Shown here: positions 1-11,198 of the stretch, one piece after another
Position numbering within the stretch: position 1 is the first letter of the stretch
Layout of the letters: each line of letters starts with the position of its first letter
NCBI RefSeq assembly: GCF_018977255.1
Contig: NW_024704742.1
Span: forward strand, 52,826,001-52,890,000
Direction of reading: 5' to 3'
Length of the DNA stretch: 64,000 nt
Source: Callorhinchus milii
Taxonomy: Eukaryota
Notes under the pieces: model-generated
The model's input: the letters and a program-made list of their open reading frames with translations, nothing else
What the model was told of the DNA's origin: nothing
The model's database searches: none
Position numbers and translations under genes: made by a program

Positions 1-117
1 CCAGGAACTAGTTTTAGGAAACACTTTTATTATTTGAATTTTCACTAAATCTGCATGTATTTTGCCACCTCAGAGAGGTAGCATGGATTTTGATAGTTAT
101 GATGTTGCTTATTCCAG

Positions 118-202
118 AATACAGGATCTGCAGAATACAGTTGATAGATTGAACGATGAACAGGAGCGAGCTGATCGTGACGTAAGGAAGTTCAAGAGAC
201 AG
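118..202 (+). CDS. CEP135: CEP135-family internal coding exon (first in window)
   Basis: ttccag|A...CAG|gtagga; translates IQDLQNTVDRLNDEQERADRDVRKFKRQ, matching the recalled CEP135 segment IQELQQEV...DYSKQ; ends in phase 0 like the next exon. Confidence 0.8.
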
Positions 203-391
203 GTAGGAATGTTTTAATCTGAACATCAGTCTTTGCCTCATGTCCAAAGGATGTTGTTTCTATTGTATGTCAAGTGGCATTGCAGTACAGGGGGGCACTT
301 CTGCCCGCGTCTTGTTTTATGCTTTAGAGATACTGGTGATGGAGAACAGTCTGAGAGCAGATATTTTACAATACAATTTACATTTATATAC

Positions 392-945
392 AATACAAAA
401 TTACATTTGTAAAGGGTTTTTCACATGGGGAGGACGTCCCAATGCGCTGAACAGTCGGGGGGCAAAGAGGCTGAAGGCCTGACCGCCGATGGTGGGGTGG
501 GCTGGGCAGGGGACATGGAGCAGGCCAGAGCCTGCTGAGCAGAGGGAGCGAACAGGTTGATAAGGGGTTAGCAGGTCGGAGAGGTAAGAGGGTACGAGGC
601 CATGGAGGGCCTTGATGGTGAGAATAAGAATTTTGAACTCGATCCTCTGAAAGATCTGGAGCCAGTGGAGCCAGGCAAGGGTGGGTGTGATGGAGGCATA
701 ATGCCTGGTGCGGGAGAGAACACAAGTTCTGGATGATCTGCAGCCTGTGGAGGGAAGATTTGGGAAGACCGACAAGCAGGGCATTGGCATAGTTGAGCTT
801 GGATGTAATGAAGGCATGTAACGCCTTGTTGGGAGGACGTCTCAAAGCGCTTGACACTGCTTGGCTGTGCACCTGAGCTGGGGATGGGGAGGGGAAAGAT
901 GACCGAAAGCACAGTCAAAGCGGTAAGTCTTGAGATGTTTTGTGA
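392..945 (-). mobile_element. L2 LINE fragments (at least two 3' ends)
   Basis: ITSKLNYANALLVGLP/LHWL...FKIL L2 ORF2 remnants; tails near 400-450 and 830-860. Confidence 0.8.
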
Positions 946-1619
946 AGCATTCCACCTCCGGTGACCTCATGATACGGTGTTGTGTGACCTCATGAAAGGG
1001 GATCACCAGCTAAACCGTTTCTGCTTAAAGAGAGAAAAAACACACTATGTCGTAGTACCTACACCATCAAAACATCCCAAATGATTTAATAATTACTGTT
1101 ACTACAAGGAGGGCACTATTTTAAAGAGACCATTGAGTGACACACAGCGAATGGACTGCTCGGGTGCAACATCAGTAAATAGTCGGGGAATCCGAGGAGT
1201 GGATTAAACAAGACAATGAATTGATAATGATTTTGAATTGTTAAATTCAACTCCCAAACACCATGATTTCAATCAAAAACTACCTTCTGTTGTCATCAAA
1301 GTTACAATTCAGGACATTACATTATTAAATAATACCCTTGGTTTGCATAGGGTTTGTTCTCTTGTGGAGTATTTGCTAATCATGCTTTAGGTATCTAAAA
1401 CCGGTGAAATTAACTGCAATTTGGGTTAGTCCGGTCTGCCCGGTTCTCACAGCAATGAACCCTTACTCAGAGGCCATCCTTATATAAAGGCCACTTTGGC
1501 CCAGACCCCTGAGAGGTTGTTGAAGACAGGTTTGACTATATCAAGGGGCATTGTAGTGAAGGGAGGCACCTCTCCCTTTACTACAATGCTGCTTGATATA
1601 GAGTCAAACCTGCTCCAGT

Positions 1620-1912
1620 CAGCTCTACGTCCGCCGCCCAGCCCGCCCCACAATCGAGCCTTCAGTTTCTCTGCCTCCACCCTTTGGAACTCCATCCCAC
1701 ATTCCCTCCGCCTCGCTCCCTCCCTTGCCTCCTTCAAAACCCGTCTCAAGACCCTCCTCTTCAACCATGGTCGCCCTCCTACCCCTACCCTTCCTGCCCT
1801 CCATCCCCCTTGATCCCAACCCCCCCGCTCGGGTTGAGGTCAGTGATTGTCCAGCGCCTTGGGACATCCTCCTGACGTGACAGGCTCTATACAAACGTAA
1901 TTTGTTGTTGTT
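1620..1912 (+). mobile_element. L2 LINE 3' fragment
   Basis: RAFSFSASTLWNSIP...FKTRLKT remnant, 3' hairpin, (TTG)n tail. Confidence 0.85.
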
Positions 1913-2043
1913 GTCTTGTTTTATACTTTCGACATACTGGCAGTGAACAGTCAATATGGGTTGCAATTTGAAGTGCCACAACTGTTAACCTGAATTTTAC
2001 CTTAATAGAAAGTCTTCCCCATTTGTAACTGGATTTTTTGCAG

Positions 2044-2172
2044 ATCGAGGCAAGAGACCAGGAAATAGAGCGTCTGAACCGAGCTTTGGAAGGAGGTCGT
2101 CCTCACGATGTCATCTCTCTTGAATCTAAAAACAGAAGCAATGAGCGCCTCATAGGACATTTAAACCTACAG
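2044..2172 (+). CDS. CEP135: CEP135-family coding exon
   Basis: tttgcag|...CAG|gtaacc; IEARDQEIERLNRALEGGRPHDVISLESKNRSNERLIGHLNLQ. Confidence 0.92.
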
Positions 2173-3088
2173 GTAACCCGATAGTCTACAGTTTGAAGTA
2201 TTTTACTGGAAAAATGGATCCGATTCATTTCACGGAAGTGTCTTTTCAGCTAACAGTTGGAACATTTTGTGGAGAGTTGTTGAAATGGTTTCTTAAGTGG
2301 CTGAGCATCAGCAAAACTACACCAGGTCATACTTGACAGTGAAAGTGTGCTTGAGAAAATTCTACTGCTTCTTTTAAACAGAAAACAAATTGTTCTCTTA
2401 TTGTGCAGGAAAATACTAATTCTGTAGATATAGTCAGATACTGTATTGTGTATAGCGTTGGTTTGTTTATTGCACTGATGAACCGTGTGCTTGTATAGCG
2501 CTGACGTACTGAGGACAACAACAACAACAAAATTACATTTATAGAGCGCCTTTCACGTCGGGAGGATGTCCCAAAGTGCTGAACAGTCAGATGTCGGGGC
2601 CCGAGCATGGGGGAGGGGTGGTGTAGGGGTAAAGGAAGGCAGAGAGGTGGAACACTGGAAATGTCATGCTTGCTGCACATAAGATGTAGTTGCAGAAAGC
2701 CTCCAGGCATCAAGCCTGTACTGACATCGGCTGGATGATTGCTGGCTTCCAGCAGTGTCCTGATGACCCCAAAGTAATTTTTAAACGTCGCCACCCCAGT
2801 TATAAAGGGATCTGATTTTATGGAACCAAATCGCTAGATTATAATTGCACAGTGTATGCAGAAAAATGTCTATACATTTCTGTCAATGTGCAGTTGTTTT
2901 TTTGTATGTATACAACTTTGATCATTATCTTTGATGATGGAATATGTTGATTCAATTTTTGTGAATTCACACACACTTGCTGTTTGGATGATGTAGCCAC
3001 CTCTTTGTTAATGCATATTTGCACCAGTGATTGGATAATTTAGGTGACATACTCGGGATTATTTATCCCCCCTCAAACATTCTTACAG

Positions 3089-3304
3089 GTTGAATATCTT
3101 CAGCGAACTAACTGCGATCTAGACAAGCAGGTGAAGGAGCTTCAGGAGAAGAAAAGCAATGCAGCAAATGAACTTGTAAACTTAAGCAGCAAAAACGAGC
3201 ACCTATGTAATGAACTGAATGAGATTGACCACTTGGCACAGCAGTTAGAGCAAGACAAAGAAATGGCACTGGAGATTGCTGACAAGGAAATTCAAGCAGC
3301 TAAG
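3089..3304 (+). CDS. CEP135: CEP135-family coding exon
   Basis: ttacag|...AAG|gtaatc; VEYLQRTNCDL...LCNELNEIDHLAQQLEQDKEMALEIADKEIQAAK. Confidence 0.92.
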
Positions 3305-3534
3305 GTAATCATAAAAGAATGGCTTATTGCTTGTGGATTCAGAAATCATTTTCCAGGCTTGTCAGATCTTTTAATACTCCAATATTTAATGGAATTTTTG
3401 GACGTCTGGTCACTCAAAATATATTTTTCTCAATCCCACATCTCATGGTAGATTACTATGATCTGTTTGCAACAGAAATGCCTTAACTCCTTATGGATTT
3501 CCAGCTTACCCACAATCGATCATCAAACAGATTT

Positions 3535-3745
3535 GACAGGTTGCAGCTTTTCTCTCGAGTTGAGATATTGAGAGGACCTAATAGAGAGGTTTAAGATTGT
3601 GAAAGGATTCGATAAGATGTACGTTGGTGGATGTTTTCATTTGTTTGTGAATCCAGAGTAAGAGGGCATAAATATAAGATAGCTAGTAGCAGATCTAATA
3701 AGGAGCTTAGGAGGAACTTCTTCACCAGAGAGCGGTGAGAATCCA
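3535..3745 (+). mobile_element. CR1-type LINE fragment
   Basis: ttgagaggacctaatagag...aggaacttcttcaccagagagcggtgagaatc, resembling the CR1 ORF2 end. Confidence 0.7.
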
Positions 3746-3979
3746 GTTTTTCCTGATGAGAATAGCAAGAGACTGCAGGGGGACTTAAGCAGATTAGCAC
3801 AATGGACTGATCAGAGTGACAGGAAGAGAAGTTCATAACGGAAATGGTTTGCGGGCTGGATGAAATCATCCCCTGGGCTGGATACAGCCCACGGGCCACT
3901 AGTTGGACCACCCTGATATATGTGATACTTCTATGCAGCATTTCTATGAACAAACTAATCCCTAGTTCTTTGTAAAAGT

Positions 3980-4418
3980 TCAAATTCAAGATCCTCATCC
4001 TCACCTACAAGGCCATTCACGGCCTTGCTCCCTCCTACCTCTCTGACCTACTATCCCCCTACTTACCTGCCCGTACCCTCCGTTCCTCTGGCTCCGGTCT
4101 GCTCCACATCCCCCGCCCCAACCGCCCTACCATCGGTGGCCGGGCCTTCAGCCTCTCAGCCCCGAGGCTCTGGAACTCTATCCCCCAGTGCCTTCGCCGC
4201 CTCCTCCCTTTCCTCCTTCAAGGCCGGTCTCAAAACCTTTCTCTATGACCGTGCCTTCAGCTCCCCTCTCGACTCTCTACCCCCTCCTCGCTCCCTCCCT
4301 TCCCTCCCCTCACCATTTCCCCACTGCTCGGGTTCCGACCCAACTGTACAGCGCCTTGGGACGTCCTCCCGATGAGAAAGGCGCTCAATAAATGGAATCT
4401 TGTTGTTGTTGTTGTTGT
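3980..4418 (+). mobile_element. L2 LINE 3' fragment, same subfamily as 30492-31845
   Basis: Nearly identical to the reverse complement of about 30500-30910; ends ...aaatggaatcttgttgttgttg. Confidence 0.9.
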
Positions 4419-4495
4419 AAAAGAAGATCTGCCCACTGCTATTTTCATTCTTCACAGATAGATTTAAAGTAAGGATTTGTTATTTATCTTTTCAG

Positions 4496-4561
4496 GATGA
4501 AGTCAAGAGGCAGTGTGTAGAAATAGAAGAACTTCGAGAAAGATTATCGAAATTCAGGGCT
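4496..4561 (+). CDS. CEP135: CEP135-family 66-bp exon, duplicate copy A
   Basis: ttttcag|GATGAA...GCT|gtaagt; DEVKRQCVEIEELRERLSKFRA, phase 0-0, no stop. Confidence 0.75.
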
Positions 4562-5061
4562 GTAAGTCAGCCTCCTTTACTATATTAGGAAGTTTTTGTT
4601 TAAATTAAAATGTAGTCATGGTTAATGATCCCAGAAATCAATTGGTTTCTTTTCTAGCATTTGTTACACATAAGGATTCAATTATTTTCTATTTAGCAAC
4701 TAATTTGTGCATTGAAGCACACCGGGACGCTACCCTGCGTGAAGGGTGCTATATAAATGTTAGTTGTTGTAATTTATATCAATCATGTCTTCATATGTTT
4801 ATCAGTGTTTTTTATCTAAAGCTACATGAGTATGTTTTAATCATTAAGCTCAAATAATGATTGATATTGCAGATTTTGTCCTTATTTGCTCTACTATTAT
4901 GTTTATAACTTGTGTTTCTTCATATAACCTTGCTAACTAGCTACCTTTGATCAAAATTGACTAAATATATCCTGTTTACGGATTGACTAGTTTGTGACAG
5001 GCAACTGTTTGAACAATGAGGAAGACCGCATCTAAACATGAATTGCATCTCACATTTTCAG

Positions 5062-5127
5062 GATGAAATCCAGAAACAGCACAGAGAATTGGAAGGATTT
5101 GAAGATACATTAGCTAAACTGAACAAA
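5062..5127 (+). CDS. CEP135: CEP135-family 66-bp exon, duplicate copy B
   Basis: ttttcag|GATGAA...AAA|gtaagt; DEIQKQHRELEGFEDTLAKLNK, closer to recalled human KEIKRKLSEMQDLEETMAKLQL. Confidence 0.85.
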
Positions 5128-5896
5128 GTAAGTCATCCTTCATCATACAGGGTGACACCCAGGCCACCAATTTGCTTATGATGTGTGTATCCCGCGATTG
5201 GACGGTGCACGTCTTGCTTGGACTGGACATGAAGCAGATCAGAAAGCTGGTCACTTAAGCTGTGTCCACATTGCTTCTTTTTCTTTACATTTAATATAGC
5301 ACCTTTCACTTTGGGAGACGTCTCAAAATATTATCCCCCCAAAAATTTAAAAAATATGGCGCTATTTGAAAAGAGACGGGAATTTCTCTCTCCCAGTGTC
5401 CTAGCCAAAAATCACCCAAATAAAACTGGTCACTCACTCCATTGCTGGTTGTGGGACATTGCTGTGTGCAACTGGCTGCCGCGTTTCGCCCACAAAATAC
5501 ACTGCCACTGCACTTTTACAGTATATGCTGTGAAGCACTTTGAGACATCTTGACGACGCGATAAAACCGCTATGTCAAATGCAAGGATTACTATTCCACA
5601 GGATGCACGTAAAGTGTATTCTGTTGGAGAACGTGATAGCTAATTTGTGCAAAGCTTTGTCCTACAAACAGCCATGAAGTGAATGACCCATTTTATTTGC
5701 TCATTGATCAGTTTAAAGAAAAAGCCATGTAAACCATTCCTGCTTTTTAATAATCTAAAGTTTTAAGGAATTGTGATTCATCGGAGTTTTGTGCTTTTCG
5801 ATCAATTTTGAAAAGAATTGTCATTCAATACTGATGACTTGCTGGCTCAAAGGTGACAGAAATGCAGTGCAAGAGAAACATACAATTGAAGCACCT

Positions 5897-6213
5897 TGAG
5901 TAATAATAATAGTATAATAATTCTTGCATTTGATATAGCGCTTTTCACATCTTCTAGACGTCTCAAAGCGCTTCACAGAATATACTGTAAAGTGAATTGA
6001 CTGTATATTTGTGGGCAAAACGCAGCAGCCAATTGCGCACAGCAGTGTCCCACAAACAGTCATGGATTGTGTGATCAAATTATTATTGTTCTTTTTTCTT
6101 GAGGGATTATTATCAGGTGTGTGGGGTAAGGAAACTTGCCCAAGATTTCGCCCTGCTGGGAATTGAACCCAGGTCTCCTGCTTGCAAGGCGAGAACTCTA
6201 AGCACTGAGCTAC
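5897..6213 (-). mobile_element. tRNA-derived SINE (older copy)
   Basis: Reverse-complement head ...cactgagctaca and (TTA)n tail. Confidence 0.85.
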
Positions 6214-7051
6214 AATAATTCTACGTTGATGTTTTCCTTACCTTCAGGATCAGTACCTGCTCTAAGCTATTATAACCCTAAGTAACGTCAGCAGCAGTAG
6301 CCCAATAAAAGAATATTAATCATAACTCCTGGTAGGATTTGATTTAAGAGACTATGACGGCGATATTTCAATTAAGAATAATTCAAGGAGTTCATGTCAA
6401 TTGTAAACTGCTCACGGTTTACTCTGGAAGTTTATGAGCTTATTTTAGAGCTACTTGATTGAATTATTGGCTTGTAATTCATTGTCAGCCACCTTTTATC
6501 CTGTATTCATTCAACGGGTATGAATCATTTCACTACCCAGCAATTAAGTTCAGACCATTGAGACTGTATTGATGTTTTAGAGGTTTACATTTCCACCAAG
6601 GTGAGATGAAACTGATACCTCTCGCTTACTGCCTTAAGGAATGGGAGGTTTTTGTGGACACCACAATCTTGGTCTGTCTATCTCATTGGGATACTGTAAC
6701 ATTTTTTGAAGACCTTTTTTTCACAGACATAAACTTAGATTAAAACCAAGCATGGTTTATAGATCAGGGCACCACTGAGAGTGATGAGTAGGGAAAAAGT
6801 TGAGGTAAAATAGAAAGTTGCCATTGTGATCTTGGTACAATTCTTCCTGCTTCCGTGAACAAATTTATGTGACTTCACATTTGTATTCAAAGTAGTAAAT
6901 TTGATGTAAACAACTACTTTTTGTCTGGGAATGATTATAAAAATCCCATAAACGCCAGGCTTGTTGAAGTGCTTTGTGGTTGTAAATGGTTTTAAGGGGG
7001 AATGTACTGAACGCTTTGTAATTATATAATTCTGTGCGCTGACTATTCCAG

Positions 7052-7202
7052 GAATTAACTGCCAGCCACAGTGAAAATGCCAAGCTTCAGAACGACCTGC
7101 ATTGTAAAATGAAAGAAACTCAAACTCTTAATGACTTATTAAATCAAATGAAGCAGGAAAAGCAAAGACTGTGTGACCGAGTTGAAAAACAAATAACAAA
7201 AG
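7052..7202 (+). CDS. CEP135: CEP135-family coding exon
   Basis: ttccag|GAATTA...AAAG|gtaatg; ELTASHSENAKLQNDL...QMKQEKQRLCDRVEKQITK. Confidence 0.88.
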
Positions 7203-7749
7203 GTAATGAAATAGGGGAGGAATCACGGGGCTGTTTTAACTAAAATATATTGGTGCTTTTTAGTGACTGTGACTATTAACCCTTGGAGTGCTAAGGTTAC
7301 CTGGGTGCTGTTCATATTTGATGCACAAAGCAATGAGTATTGAAGTGACCTGTTGACCCGCAAGTTAGCCATTTACCATGTAAATTCACCTGGTGTGTGC
7401 CATGAGAGCCAGGCCAGCTGTGCATCTGCGCAGTGAATGGGGTCCACAGTGCAACCACATAACAAGCAAATTTGCGCTCTAGTGAAGCGCATGTTAATAT
7501 GGCTGCCTTGAATTTCTGTTTATCATTTGTTAGTTTTGAACTCTTTGGCATGATTCTATGATCTTGTCTTCCTATAATTATTCTTCATTTGAGTGAATTT
7601 CTGTACCTTTCTCTAAAATAGTCTGAAAATGTTCCTTTACTTTCTCACCCTGTCTCCTACTTAGTCTTCCCTGGAGCTGTTCCCATAATTCCAAGCTTTA
7701 GTTTCCTAAAGTCATACAACTTTTATTATTTTTGACTACTCATTGCTTA

Positions 7750-8002
7750 TTGCTTTTTGCTTCACCCTGTGGAACTCCATCCCACAGTCCCTTCACCTTG
7801 CTCCTTCCCTTGTCTATGTCAAGGCACATCTCAAGACCCTCCTCTTCTACCGGGCCTTCGGTCACCCTCCTACCCCCTTCCCGCCCTGCCATCCACCCCT
7901 CCTGATCCCAGCCCCCAGCTCAGGTCCAAATCCCTGACTGTCCAGCACCTTGGGATGACCTCCCAACATGAGTGGCTATACAAATGTAATTTGTTGTTGT
8001 TT
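7750..8002 (+). mobile_element. L2 LINE 3' fragment abutting a CEP135 acceptor
   Basis: LWNSIPQSLHLAPS...HLKT remnant; (TTG)n tail ends about 13 nt before the AG at 8014-8015. Confidence 0.85.
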
Positions 8003-8015
8003 TGCCAATCACCAG

Positions 8016-8239
8016 AGCGAGAGCTAGTCATGGATTTGGAAAGAATGCGATCACACCATGGGGCTCTGCGAGGGGATAGGTCACCATCTCGCTTGGACAA
8101 ATTTGTGAAGAGTTTGGAGGAAGAGAGGGATTACTACAAATGTGAGGTAGAATACCTTCAGGGTATGGTGAGCGGACAAAGTAGCCCATCTCGTTCTCCG
8201 AGGCGTGGCCGCAGTCCATGTCGCCTTTCACCTGTGAAG
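8016..8239 (+). CDS. CEP135: CEP135-family coding exon
   Basis: caccag|AG...AAG|gtaatg; RELVMDLERMRSHHG...DRSPSRLDKFVKSLEEERDYYK. Confidence 0.93.
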
Positions 8240-8613
8240 GTAATGTAAATTAGCCTTAGAAGTGTTCAGTAAATGACGTTTATAATCACCTGTAAAATCA
8301 CTTAACTTGAACTTGTTTTTTCGCTGTTAAATTTTCATCCTGGTGCCCATCTTATAACAATATAATACCATGTACACCACTGTCACACCACTTTGAGGGG
8401 ATGCTGGTCTCATTACTTGATTTGATTGGAGTCCAGGCGCCCTGGCACCCATTATCATTAATGGGAACAAAATGTCTGTGTGAATCTGTCTTGCAACAAA
8501 CTGTATTAGTACAAATATTAAATCCCACAAAAAAAACACTTTTTTTAAAAAATAAAAACAAGTCGCTGGGAACACTCAGCAGGTCAGGCAGCATTTATGG
8601 AGAAAGAAAAGTG

Positions 8614-8650
8614 AGTCAACGTTTCGGGTCCACGACCCTTCGTCAGAACT
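8614..8650 (-). ncRNA. Minimal type-I hammerhead ribozyme motif (Penelope-associated)
   Basis: - strand reads AGUU CUGACGA A GGGUC gug GACCC GAAACGUU GACU: intact core, stems I and II, palindromic ACGU stem III. Confidence 0.7.
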
Positions 8651-8942
8651 TTTTTTTAGAGTTTGAAAAATACAACATTATACATTATTGCAAGCTAACA
8701 AGTCTAGAAGTGTACTACAATGCTATAGGATAATTCCTGCTATAAAATTGTGTATTTTGGTATTTTAGCAAAGATTGACTTAAGCATGTTTGTACAGTGT
8801 TAGTGCACATCTTTACAACTACATTTCTGTAGACATTAATGCCAATGGAATTTTGTTCATAATTTGTACAGTATGAGATTGTTTCTGGAAACCTTTCAAA
8901 CAGAATCATTGTTTTAAAGGGAAACTGTATTTCTGCCCACAG

Positions 8943-9098
8943 AGTAACAGATCTAACTCCGAACTGTTCAAAGTCATCAGAGAGCGAGATGAGCTGCAGT
9001 GTGTGCTGGAAAAATTTGAGCGACACATGTCAGAAATCCAGTGTAATGTCAAGATGCTGACTTCAGAGCGTGACAAATTGATGATGCTTTATGAAGAG
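8943..9098 (+). CDS. CEP135: CEP135-family coding exon
   Basis: cccacag|...GAG|gtaaaa; SELFKVIRERDELQCVLEKFERHMSEIQCNVKMLTSERDKLMMLYEE. Confidence 0.9.
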
Positions 9099-9334
9099 GT
9101 AAAAACAACAGAATAAGAGTAAAGTGAAACCTAAATGTATCTAAATTCTCGTGTGTTACTATTTCCAGTAAATGAGGAAAAATTTGAGCAGGAACCGGAA
9201 GTCAATTAATTTTACTTCAGTGTTTATTTTTTTTACCCAGCGATAGTCAGTGTTTCAGACCTGATCTGGGGATTGGGATCGGGGAGGGTGGAGGCAGGGA
9301 GGAAGGAGGGTGATCGAAGGCACCGTCAAAGAAC

Positions 9335-9590
9335 ATGCTATAAACAAGCAAATTCAATAGTAGCTTCCAAAAGGGAATTGGATATTTACTTAAAAAGGAA
9401 AATAATTTGTAGGTCTGTGAAGCGCTTTGGGACGTCCTCCCGACGTGAAGAGCGCTATATCAAATGCAAGGATTATTATGGGATAAGAGCGGGGGAGTGG
9501 GCAAGTTGAATAACTCTTTTCAAAGAGTCGGCACAGGCACGATGGGCCAAATGGCCTCCTTCTGTGCTGTTAAGATTCTATGATTTTATT
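9335..9590 (+). mobile_element. CR1-type 3' end with nested SINE tail (about 9413-9479)
   Basis: ggcacgatgggccaaatggcctccttctgtgctg 3' UTR; interrupted by ctgtgaagcgctttgggacgtcc...gattattat. Confidence 0.75.
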
Positions 9591-10344
9591 ATGAAACAGT
9601 AGTGATTCCACATATCCTGAATGTCACCAATTATAGAGCTGCGAAACAGACTTCACTCATAGAATTTAGCCCTACATCACTTCACTCTGGAAAAAAATCC
9701 CGAATGAATGTCTGTTCGAATACAAGATTGAAGGTTATAGAAATAATTATAGATCTTGATGATGAAACGCACTGTAGAACACTGGTTTTACTCCTTTTGG
9801 GACTAAGAAAATATATGTGAAGTGTACCTGGTCAGGTTTGAATAAGGCTGATTACCTTTGGGAGTTGGGGAGAAATTTCAAAATTTCATCCATACATATT
9901 AATCTCCCTTAGGAAATGAATGTCTCATTTATACGATGAAGTGTTTTAGCTTCACTTGGTGGAGTAGAGCGAATGGAAGTAGGAAGACCGTTTTTAATTT
10001 CCTGCTCTAAAATCACTCCCACTTTGAACTCTGAGTATAGCTTTGACTATAACCACTGAGCTCAGCAACTTGTGACCACCCTCCTTGAGCGAAGTAACCA
10101 TGGTCTCCTTGTATACTGAGCTGGCTCCAGGTGACTTGCTTGGCTTCAGAATGTCAGAATCAAGTCAACCCTCTGTGGTGGTGGTGATAGTTCAGTTCTT
10201 GAGCCAGGCTGTACTCTTAAATACAGTACTCCAAGGCGCTGATGATGACAGTTTAGCCAGTCTGGCTTGTCGGGACAGACTCTTCCCACTCAGGGAGTCA
10301 TCCCACTCAGCTCCTGTTAATAACCTTGTAAACCAAGGCCCTAA

Positions 10345-10665
10345 CAGGTAGGGTGGTCCTAGCTGGACAAGCAGTGGGAAAGCAATATCAATGGCAAGTT
10401 GGTTTTGAGCTGGTTAGACTCCAACAGTACCCCAACTCATTCTGGGATCCCCAAGCCTTGACACTTGACAACTTGTGCCTAATACTTTCCTGAATTAGGT
10501 AAGCAGGATGCATCCCTCCAGGGAGAGTGTGCACATTTCATTCCAATAATCTATCTATGGGATTTCCAGGTGTGGGTGGGATGCATGGAAATCTCAGCTT
10601 GGTTTGGATACTCTTAAGCATGGTGATGGGTTTCAACCTGTGTTAGACACACAGCTGACCAAAAA
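10345..10665 (+). repeat. Unclassified ~330-bp interspersed repeat (copies at 56380-56680, 61285-61695; partials near 33260-33330 -, 39645-39735, 61795-61860 -)
   Basis: Shared gtcctagctggacaagca...ccaagccttg...gaattaggtaagcagga...ttggtttggatactcttaagcatggtga. Confidence 0.8.
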
Positions 10666-10892
10666 AGAGGAGAGAAAAGATAACTCGGGTTCTCTAATCA
10701 AAGGCTGAATTGTTCTGTCGTGTAAATATAAAAATATAAACAAGTCCCTTGACGGATAACCCTGCAGCATTGGACTGAGCCAGAAATATTCATATGAATC
10801 CATGGAGGAGCCAAGTACATTATCAAGAAACTAAAACACAAAATAAAAATGTATTTAAGGTCATGTGGAAATATGGATAAGTACAATTCAGA

Positions 10893-11105
10893 AACAACAA
10901 CAACAACTTGGATTTATATAGCGCCCTTCACGCCGGACGGCGTCTCAGAGTGCTTCACAGTAAAGGATCCCGGGGCCGAGCCAAGGAGAGGGGGAGGAAG
11001 GTGACCAAAGGCGCGGTCGAAAAGAAAGGACTTCAGCCGAGACCTGAAAATAGGAAGAGAGTGGGCGAGGCGAAGGGAGTGAGGAAGGGAGTTCCAGAAC
11101 CTCGG
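10893..11105 (-). mobile_element. L2 LINE 3' end, distinct subfamily
   Basis: (CAA)n tail plus the variant terminal hairpin agcgcccttcacgccggacggcgtctcagagtgct. Confidence 0.7.
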
Positions 11106-11198
11106 TATACTTAACCCATGAGCGACCTTTATGTCATTTTAAATCTCTTACGAAGCACCTTTGTTTTCTATGTCCTAATGAATGGAAACTACTTCCAG

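Noticed and set aside
5595..5645. Another cag|GAT exon-like start
   Set aside because: Weak pyrimidine tract at a SINE tail, in-frame stop, no matching donor at 66 nt
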